In this document: positions 56,947 through 64,000 of the stretch, piece after piece
Position numbering within the stretch: position 1 is the stretch's first letter
Layout of the letters: each line of letters starts with the position of its first letter
Assembly: GCA_040755995.1 (NCBI GenBank)
Contig: JBFMAF010000010.1
Coordinates: 32,001 to 96,000, forward strand
DNA: 64,000 nucleotides
Origin: Acidobacteriota bacterium
GTDB lineage: Bacteria; Acidobacteriota; CAIWXX01
Direction: 5' to 3'
The notes under the pieces: model-generated
What the model saw: only the letters and a program-made list of their open reading frames with translations
What the model was told of the DNA's origin: nothing
Databases searched by the model: none
Translations under genes and position numbers: made by a program

Positions 56947-58530
56947 CTACTCTCCACCCGTCACATACACGGGGGTGTGCGTGAGCGACAGCCGGACGGC
57001 ACTGTTCTTCGTTGCCACCACGCGGCGGTCCGGTTCCGTCTGCCCCATCGTCGTGATGACGGGCTCGATCGTCACCTTGGCCGCTCCGGTGGCCAGCGAG
57101 ACCGTGATCGCGGGCTGCCCGTCCTCGGGCAAGAGCGCCTTGTTCGGATTGAACCAGGCTACCCATGATCGCCGGCCCGCAGCCCTGATCATGTAGACCC
57201 TGATGCGATCGTCTGCGTACTTCACCCTGCTCACTGTGCTGCCGCTCTTGAGATATCCCATCAGCTGCCTGATCGCATAGAAGAGCGGGTATCTCTCCAG
57301 TACCGCTCCAGTGAAAGCGTCTACGCGCAGGGCTCCACCCCAGGCGGAGATACCGGCGGCCGCCTGGAAGAACGGCATCGTTGCGAGAGTGATATCGCCG
57401 GTGAAGGACAGGTTGATCAGCTTCACGCCCTGCTCGGCGGCGACGACAGCGCGTTTCGTATGGTCGGCGGCCACGAATCCCCGAGTCCAGGCCAGTGATG
57501 CGGCGTCCTTGTTCACGAGCTTCTTGAAGAAGTCGGCCAGGCGGCATCGGTCCGCCTCCACCGCGGGCTTGCACACGTAGCCGAGCGGTTTCGCGGTGCA
57601 CGTGGTGGCGGGGCCCCATCCGATGTAGGAGGTCGGGACTGTGTCGCTGACGACCACGGGCCTGGAGTACCCGCGCCGGCGGGTCTCGTAGCGCAGCCAC
57701 CGGAGGATATCTTCGATCTCGTACGGCCAACCAAGATTGTGTATGTTGATGAAGTCGAAAAGCTCCGGATGATCCAGGATCGCACGCTGGTCGGCCAGAT
57801 CATGTGATGGGTCCGGATGCTTCGTCTCTGCCCAGACGCGATCGTAATCGGCCGGGTTTTTCACGTCGAGATCGACAGGTGTGATGAGAAAAGCCGCGTG
57901 CCCAACGCGAACTGCCGGATAGGCGTTGTGAGCCGCCCTGAAAGCCATGCCGAGAGTGTTGAGGTAGGCGTCCACCGGCTCAGGCTCGTAGGAAGAGAAT
58001 TCAGAGCCGATCTCGAGATAGCGGACGGGCCAGCGGAGGCCCGGCATGTCCGCGACACCGTCCCGGTCGTATCGTTCCACGACCGATTGTATCCACTTCT
58101 CGAAGAGCCGGCGATACTCGGGCTTGGGCGAGGGGTCGGTGTATTTCCCCAAAGGCGGCACGTCGACCGAACCCCATGTGCAGTGCGGCTTCAGGCACAA
58201 CGTCAACTCGGTGAAGCCACTCTGTTGGTACTCGTTAACGAACCAGTCCAGTCGAGTGTAATCGATCTTCTGGTCCGGGCCCTTCTGCATGTCCCCCCAC
58301 TCGACTGCATCCGGGAAATGCTTCATCCCCGTCATGCCGGTCTCCGCCAACGCGCGTGACATCTCGTGAACGAGCGGCTGGTTGTTGACGACCGCGTATT
58401 CCAAACCAATCACGATCCCCTTGCCAGCGAACCGGCCTGGAAGCGGCTCGTCCCCGTTGAGGCCCTCGGCCTGACTCGCAGCTGCAGCACAAAGCTGAAT
58501 CGCAAGCGTCGACCAGGTCATGCCGCGCAT
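56947..58530 (-). CDS. Secreted clan GH-A-like TIM-barrel protein
   Basis: Signal-like N-terminus; VERYDRDGVADMPGL..YLEIGSE; FDFINIH; C-terminal PVYV. Confidence 0.55.
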   Translation of the reverse strand: MRGMTWSTLAIQLCAAAASQAEGLNGDEPLPGRFAGKGIVIGLEYAVVNNQPLVHEMSRALAETGMTGMKHFPDAVEWGDMQKGPDQKIDYTRLDWFVNEYQQSGFTELTLCLKPHCTWGSVDVPPLGKYTDPSPKPEYRRLFEKWIQSVVERYDRDGVADMPGLRWPVRYLEIGSEFSSYEPEPVDAYLNTLGMAFRAAHNAYPAVRVGHAAFLITPVDLDVKNPADYDRVWAETKHPDPSHDLADQRAILDHPELFDFINIHNLGWPYEIEDILRWLRYETRRRGYSRPVVVSDTVPTSYIGWGPATTCTAKPLGYVCKPAVEADRCRLADFFKKLVNKDAASLAWTRGFVAADHTKRAVVAAEQGVKLINLSFTGDITLATMPFFQAAAGISAWGGALRVDAFTGAVLERYPLFYAIRQLMGYLKSGSTVSRVKYADDRIRVYMIRAAGRRSWVAWFNPNKALLPEDGQPAITVSLATGAAKVTIEPVITTMGQTEPDRRVVATKNSAVRLSLTHTPVYVTGGE

Positions 58531-58693
58531 ATCAGAGGAGTCCCTTCGCCGTGGGTATTCTATCAGGATCGCGTTGAATCGCTAGCTGCCTGCAGACGCA
58601 TGGGACTGGCGCAACAGGCAGCGAACGGGTTGTCTGCGCCGCATCGCGGTGTATAATTGAACCGGACGCGACGGCATCACGCGGAGGGCAGAG

Positions 58694-59029
58694 ATGAGCG
58701 GTCATATAACGGATGAACGAGCAGCTACATGGGAACTCGATCAGTTCAACCGATTGGCCGAACACCGCCCAGATCTCGTAGGCGCAGTGCTGCGGCGGAT
58801 GATGTCCGAGAACGACGAGTTTCGGTGGGCGATGGTCATCGAGGCTTACATCCATCATAAGGTCAACCTGGGGAGGGCCGCAGAACTACTTGGCGTGCCC
58901 GAGCTCGAATTGCGGCTCAGATTCGCAGAACTGGGGATTCCCGTGCGGGTTGGCCCGCTCGACTTGGAGGAGGCTAGAGCGGAGGCGGCCGCGTTGGAGA
59001 ACTGGCTCTGTAGAGCACCGAGAGCCTAG
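58694..59029 (+). CDS. UPF0175-family antitoxin-like protein
   Basis: VNLGRAAELLGV..FAELGI. Confidence 0.75.
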   Translation: MSGHITDERAATWELDQFNRLAEHRPDLVGAVLRRMMSENDEFRWAMVIEAYIHHKVNLGRAAELLGVPELELRLRFAELGIPVRVGPLDLEEARAEAAALENWLCRAPRA

Positions 59030-59032
59030 CCT

Positions 59033-59536
59033 GTGATCGCCCTACTCGACAACACTGTTCTCTCGAATTTCGCAGCCATAGGTCGGCCGGATCTGATCCG
59101 CGCGGTGCTGGGAGAATACGCGGCGACTGTCGAGGAAGCATTCGCGGAGCTACAGGCAGGCATCCGATTGGGGCGCCTCCCGTCCGACGACTGGTCATGG
59201 CTGACTGTCCTGAGCATGACCGATGCCGAGCGCGTCCGTTATCAGGAGCTGCGGCAGCGTTTCAACGCAGGTGAATCCGCGTGCCTGACGATGGCATCCA
59301 TGCGCCGACATGCCCTCCTAACCGACGATCGCGACGCTAGGACGCGAACCGCGGTCCTCAAGATCCCTGTCTCCGGCACTCTGGGCTTGCTGGCAAGGCT
59401 CGTCCAGGACGGCGGATTGTCAGTGAGCGAAGCGAACGACCTATTGGCACGGATGATCACGGCGGGATACCGCTCTCCCATCCGCGATGTCGGCTTGATT
59501 CTGGCTGGCCCAAATCCGGCTGGGTCGACTCGATAA
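59033..59536 (+). CDS. DUF3368 PIN-like toxin
   Basis: LDNTVLSNF; GESA; LTDDRDAR; GTLGLL; GYR. Confidence 0.85.
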   Translation: MIALLDNTVLSNFAAIGRPDLIRAVLGEYAATVEEAFAELQAGIRLGRLPSDDWSWLTVLSMTDAERVRYQELRQRFNAGESACLTMASMRRHALLTDDRDARTRTAVLKIPVSGTLGLLARLVQDGGLSVSEANDLLARMITAGYRSPIRDVGLILAGPNPAGSTR

Positions 59537-59905
59537 GCCGAATCGCCCCAGACACGTCCGTCTGCGCCCCCCTCTGATTTGGCGCCGCGTAGCCTCCATG
59601 TCCATAACGCCGTGACTGCAGACGCACGGTCCGTAAGAAGGTGTTGCTGGGCGCTGTCGCGTCCGACGTCGTGGTCGTAGGCGATTCAACGTCGTCGTCG
59701 ATCGCGGCAACGGTAATCCATGCACCTGGCTTGCCGCCGCCGCGCGAGCCGTTGTGAACCGCGATTCCGCTGTGGTATAAATGCGGCATATGGACACGGT
59801 CCTGATGTCCGGGAGAAGACGCGCCGCCCCAAGGCTGTGCGGGCCCGAGGTGGATCGAGTTGCTGCTTGCCTTCTCGGTCAACGCGGAAGGCGCCAGAGG
59901 GTATA

Positions 59906-60649
59906 GTGGAGCTCGAGGAGCGAGTCGCCGTCGTCACCGGCGGGTGCTCGGGCATCGGTCGCGCCATCTGCGTCGAGCTCGCCCGCCGGGGGTGCGACGT
60001 CGCATTCGTCGACATTACCGCGGGACCGCCGGCCGAAAGCCTGAGGCAGGAGATCGCCGACCTCGGCTGCCGCTCGCTCTTCTACGAAGCCGATGTGGCT
60101 GACTTCGCGCTTGCGCAGGAATGCGCCGTGACGGTGATGCGCGAGCTGGGCCACATCGACTTCCTCGTAAACAACGCCGGCACTCATGCGGACTCGGTCG
60201 TCTGGAAGATGTCCGAGGAGCAGTGGGACCGGGTAATCGACGTGAACCTCAAGGGCGCGTTCAACTACCTGCGCGCCTTCGCACCGATCATGCGAGAGCG
60301 CAGAAGCGGCGTGATCGTCAACATCTCCTCGCTTGCGGCAATACGCGGCCGCTTCGGCCTGGCCAACTACAGCGCGGCGAAGGCGGGTCTCATGGGCATG
60401 ACCAGAAGCGTTGCGAAGGAGATGGGCAAGTACAACGTGCGTGTCAACGTGATTGCTCCGGGCTACGTGCAGACCAGCATGATGGAGAAGCTGCCGCCGG
60501 AGTACAAGGAGCAGGCGATGTCGGAGACCGTGCTCAACCGCCTGGGGCTCCCGGATGACGTGGCGAATGTCGTCTGCTTCCTCTGCTCGGATCGTGCACG
60601 CCACATCACCGGCGAGATCATAAGGGTGGACGGGGGACAGCATCTCTGA
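59906..60649 (+). CDS. SDR oxidoreductase (FabG-like)
   Basis: TGGCSGIG; NNAG; YSAAK; VDGG. Confidence 0.92.
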   Translation: MELEERVAVVTGGCSGIGRAICVELARRGCDVAFVDITAGPPAESLRQEIADLGCRSLFYEADVADFALAQECAVTVMRELGHIDFLVNNAGTHADSVVWKMSEEQWDRVIDVNLKGAFNYLRAFAPIMRERRSGVIVNISSLAAIRGRFGLANYSAAKAGLMGMTRSVAKEMGKYNVRVNVIAPGYVQTSMMEKLPPEYKEQAMSETVLNRLGLPDDVANVVCFLCSDRARHITGEIIRVDGGQHL

Positions 60650-60774
60650 GGAGCCCCAGCTGCAAGGCCTGCCTCATGCATACAATCGACACTCGACCTT
60701 CGCCGGCCGCAGGCCGTCGCCGATCTGCCCATCGTCTTGACTTACAGCCGTCGACTACTTAGCAGGAGAATGCC

Positions 60775-61548
60775 GTGGCAAGAACCTACAAGTACCTGAG
60801 AAGAGAATCCCGGGAGCTCACCGCCTGGGTGACGATCGATCACCCGCCCTACAACGTTCTGACGATGGCGGTGATGGACGAGCTCGTCGACCTGCTCCAA
60901 ACGCTGACCGACGAGGGAGACGTGAAGGCAGTGGTTCTTCAAGGAGCAGGCAGGGCGTTCTCCGCCGGACTGGACATCAGCGAGCACACCGTCGAGAAGT
61001 CCTATCAGCTCCTCGACACCTTTCATGAGATCTTCCGTACGATGGTGCGGCTGGACAAGCCCGTAGTCGCCGCGGTGCGCGGCCCGGCGCTCGGCGGCGG
61101 CTGCGAGCTGGCGATGTTCTGCGACATGGCCATAGCGGGCGACACTGCCCGGTTCGGCCAGCCCGAGATCAAGGTGGGCATCTTTCCACCGATGGCCACC
61201 GTCATCTTCCCGCGCCTGATCGGGAGGCGGCGCGCGGTCGAACTCATTCTGACCGGCGATATCATCGATGCACGAGAGGCCGAGCGGATCGGCATGGTGA
61301 ACAAGGTCGTGCCGGATGCCATGCTGGAGGAAGCGGTCACGCAACTGGTCCGGAAGCTCGCCGAGCACAGTGCGCCGGTCATTCAGATCGCGCGTCGCGC
61401 CATCTACTCGGCCTACGACGCCGAATTCCCCGTGGCCCTTCAACGTGTCGAAGACATCTACCTTAACCACCTCATGGTGCTGGAAGACACCACCGAGGGG
61501 CTCAAGGCCTTCCTCCAGAAGCGGAAACCCGTCTGGAAGAACCGCTGA
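60775..61548 (+). CDS. Enoyl-CoA hydratase/isomerase (Dch-like)
   Basis: FSAGLD; GGGCEL; GQPEIKVGIFPP; EGLKAFLQKRKP. Confidence 0.9.
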   Translation: MARTYKYLRRESRELTAWVTIDHPPYNVLTMAVMDELVDLLQTLTDEGDVKAVVLQGAGRAFSAGLDISEHTVEKSYQLLDTFHEIFRTMVRLDKPVVAAVRGPALGGGCELAMFCDMAIAGDTARFGQPEIKVGIFPPMATVIFPRLIGRRRAVELILTGDIIDAREAERIGMVNKVVPDAMLEEAVTQLVRKLAEHSAPVIQIARRAIYSAYDAEFPVALQRVEDIYLNHLMVLEDTTEGLKAFLQKRKPVWKNR

Positions 61549-61610
61549 ATCGGATTTCGAATTCGGGAAGGTGGATATCCACTTCACTCATGCAGTTCCA
61601 CGACGATCAT

Positions 61611-61787
61611 CGGAAATCCACAGAAGACGAATATTGAGCAGATCATGCAGATGTCACTGATCGCAGGCCCTTCTCCAATCGGCCAAATCTGCGGATTTCC
61701 GGAAAGCGCAGACCCGCGGGTCGACCGGAGGCGCCGATTGCTGCAGGCACTCGAAGACTGACAACTGTCAACCGGCAACTGACAACT
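61611..61787. repeat. ~90-bp inverted-repeat element plus TGACAAC heptamers upstream of recD2
   Basis: CGGAAATCCACAGA (61611-61624) / TCTGCGGATTTCCG (61688-61701); actgacaactgtcaaccggcaactgacaac. Confidence 0.6.
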
Positions 61788-61795
61788 CATTTGAG

Positions 61796-64000
61796 ATGGC
61801 CGAGCTCCATGGGCACGTCGACCGCGTCGTCTACTACGGCGAGGACAGCGGCTACGTCGTCGCGCGACTCCGCCTTCAGAACCGCCGCGCGCTGATCCCG
61901 ATCGTTGGGACCGTCTGGCAGCCGCTGCATGAAGGCGACGAGGTGCAGCTGCAGGGGGATTGGACGACGCACGACAAGTACGGCGAACAGTTCCAGTTCA
62001 CCGTGTGCCACGTCGTGCTCCCGACCGATGCGGACGGGATCGAGCGCTACCTGGGTTCGGGCCTGATCAAGGGGATCGGCAAGGGCCTCGCCAGGCGCAT
62101 CGTAGAGAAATTCGGCACCGATGCCCTGCGCATCATCGAGTCCGAGCCGGAGCGGCTGAAAGAGGTCCGGGGGCTCAGCGCGAAGAAGATCGAGGCAATC
62201 CGCGAGAAGTGGGGGGAGCAGCGCGAGCTGCGCGAGGCGCTCATCTTCTTCCAGGGGCACGGAATCACCGCAGGCCAGGGAATGAAGATCTTCAAGCGGT
62301 TCGGACGCGAAGCCGTAAGCGAGACCAAACGCAACCCGTACCAGCTGGTCGAGGAGATCTGGGGGATCGGCTTCAAGACCGCCGACCAGATCGCCATGAA
62401 GATAGGCTTCGACCCGCGCAGCCCGCTCCGGGCCGAAGCCGTCCTCCTGTATGCCCTCGACCAGGCTGCCGACGAAGGCCACGTATACTGCCCCGCCGAC
62501 GAGCTTGTCGAGCGGGCCGGCAAGATCGTGCCGATCGACAGCGATCTGCTGAGCAGCGCCCTGGATTCGCTCATCGCACAACGCCGGCTAATCAGGTCCG
62601 GAATCGAGATGAACGAAAGATCCATCTACCTGGCGCCGCTCTACTACGCGGAACGCGGAGTGGCTGAATATCTCGCGAAGGCGGTAGGCGGCGGCGCGAT
62701 CGCAGTTGCCGAGCGCGAACAGCTGATCGCGGATCAGGAGAAGACGCTCGGGCTGCGCTTCTCGGACGAGCAGAAAGAAGCTGTCGTCCGCACGGCCGAG
62801 AACCGGGTCATCATCATCACCGGTGGACCGGGCACGGGCAAGACCACGATCGTGCGCGCGCTTGCGAACCACTTCAGCCGCAAGGGCGGGCGAGTGGCTC
62901 TGGCGGCGCCCACGGGCAAGGCGGCCAAGAGGCTCTCCGAGGCCACGCGGCGTCCCGCCGTCACGATCCACCGGCTTCTGGAGTTCAACCCGGCCCTGGG
63001 AGAATTCGGGCGCAACCCGGAGACGCCGATCGAGTGCGACACGCTGATCCTGGACGAGTGCTCCATGATCGATCTGGCGCTGATGTACACGATCGTGCGC
63101 GCGCTGCCGGAGAAGTGCCGCCTGGTCATGGTCGGCGACAAGGACCAGCTCCCGAGCATACGCGCCGGAAGCGTACTGCGTGATGCCATCGCTTGCGGCT
63201 GCATCCCGACCGTGGAGCTCAAGAAGATCTACAGGCAGTCCGACAGAAGCTACATCACGCTCAACGCGCACCGCATCAACGAGGGATCGTACCCCGTCTT
63301 CCCGCATACCACAGGCTCCGAGATCGTGACCGACTTTTACTTCGTGCCGGAAGAACGGGACGAGCGGACGCTGGCGCTGATCCTGAAGCTGTACATGGAG
63401 CGGATTCCGAAGCGGCTTTACGAGCTCGGGCTGACGGGCTACGATCCGTTCTCGGATTCGATCCAGGTCATAGCCCCGATGTACCGCGGCCTGCTCGGCG
63501 TCGACAATCTGAATGCGACGTTGCAGGAGGCCCTCAACCCCGAGAAGTCTTCGCCCAGGCTGGCGATCGGGCGCGGCCTGCGGGTGGGCGACAAGGTCAT
63601 CCAGCTGCGGAACAACTACAAGAAAGAGGTCTTCAACGGAGAGATGGGACGCATCGCGGGCTACGTCGAGGATGAGAAGGCGGTGACCGTGGCCTTCGAC
63701 GAGCGCAGGGTCACGTACGACGCGAGCGACATCGACGAGCTCAGCCTCGCCTATGCACTGACGGTGCACAAGTCACAGGGGAGCGAGTTCGAAGCTGTCA
63801 TCATGCCCATCCTGATGTCTCACTACATCATGTTGGACCGGAATCTTCTCTACACGGCCGTGAGCCGCGCCAAGAAGCTGCTGGTGCTGCTTGGATCGGA
63901 AAAGGCGCTCCGCTACGCGATCCGCAACAACAGGCCGCGCCTGCGCTACACGCACCTGATGGATCGCATCGTGAGCCTCAAGACTCGAGAGACCAGAGGC
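61796..64000 (+). CDS. recD2: ATP-dependent RecD2 helicase (3' end outside window)
   Basis: Not in ORF track; from ATG 61796: YLGSGLIKGIG, GIGFKTAD, GGPGTGKTT, TIHRLL, DECSM, GDKDQLPS, AYALTVHKSQGSEF, LLYTAVSRA. Confidence 0.93.
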   Translation, partial: MAELHGHVDRVVYYGEDSGYVVARLRLQNRRALIPIVGTVWQPLHEGDEVQLQGDWTTHDKYGEQFQFTVCHVVLPTDADGIERYLGSGLIKGIGKGLARRIVEKFGTDALRIIESEPERLKEVRGLSAKKIEAIREKWGEQRELREALIFFQGHGITAGQGMKIFKRFGREAVSETKRNPYQLVEEIWGIGFKTADQIAMKIGFDPRSPLRAEAVLLYALDQAADEGHVYCPADELVERAGKIVPIDSDLLSSALDSLIAQRRLIRSGIEMNERSIYLAPLYYAERGVAEYLAKAVGGGAIAVAEREQLIADQEKTLGLRFSDEQKEAVVRTAENRVIIITGGPGTGKTTIVRALANHFSRKGGRVALAAPTGKAAKRLSEATRRPAVTIHRLLEFNPALGEFGRNPETPIECDTLILDECSMIDLALMYTIVRALPEKCRLVMVGDKDQLPSIRAGSVLRDAIACGCIPTVELKKIYRQSDRSYITLNAHRINEGSYPVFPHTTGSEIVTDFYFVPEERDERTLALILKLYMERIPKRLYELGLTGYDPFSDSIQVIAPMYRGLLGVDNLNATLQEALNPEKSSPRLAIGRGLRVGDKVIQLRNNYKKEVFNGEMGRIAGYVEDEKAVTVAFDERRVTYDASDIDELSLAYALTVHKSQGSEFEAVIMPILMSHYIMLDRNLLYTAVSRAKKLLVLLGSEKALRYAIRNNRPRLRYTHLMDRIVSLKTRETRG

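Noticed and set aside
61787..63955. Minus-strand ORFs listed at the right end
   Set aside because: They are antisense to recD2, which the track missed because its stop lies outside the window.

Overview
High-GC (~65% by eye) bacterial DNA. Oar-type TonB-dependent receptor, sulfatase-TPR and several carboxypeptidase-regulatory-domain proteins suggest Acidobacteriota or a relative (inference). Positions 1-14.2 kb hold a minus-strand non-flagellar type III secretion (T3SS) operon: sctJ-K?-L-N-O-P-Q-fliO-R-S-T-U-V, then an FHA protein running off the left edge. It keeps the flagellar fli/flh gene order, keeps a FliO-like gene, has an FHA domain built into SctQ and an internal SctQ-C start. No secretin, needle, rod or translocon gene is visible in the window. 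Nearly every gene junction in the operon carries a 7-8 bp tandem array. Positions 14.5-37.5 kb are accessory: a sigma54-type TonB-dependent receptor, Uma2, TPR and sulfatase genes, a membrane-anchored FHA-FHA-lytic transglycosylase, secreted modular proteins, M28 peptidase, acyl-CoA ligase, amidohydrolase, PP2C/GAF and two gene remnants. Positions 37.7-54.4 kb are the dcw cluster (mraZ to ftsZ, without murB or ddl). Positions 54.6-64 kb hold two PIN-type TA pairs, ychF, DUF167, a GH-A-like protein, an SDR, an enoyl-CoA hydratase and partial recD2. No rRNA, tRNA, CRISPR or transposase was recognised. All calls come from motif reading by eye; no searches were run.
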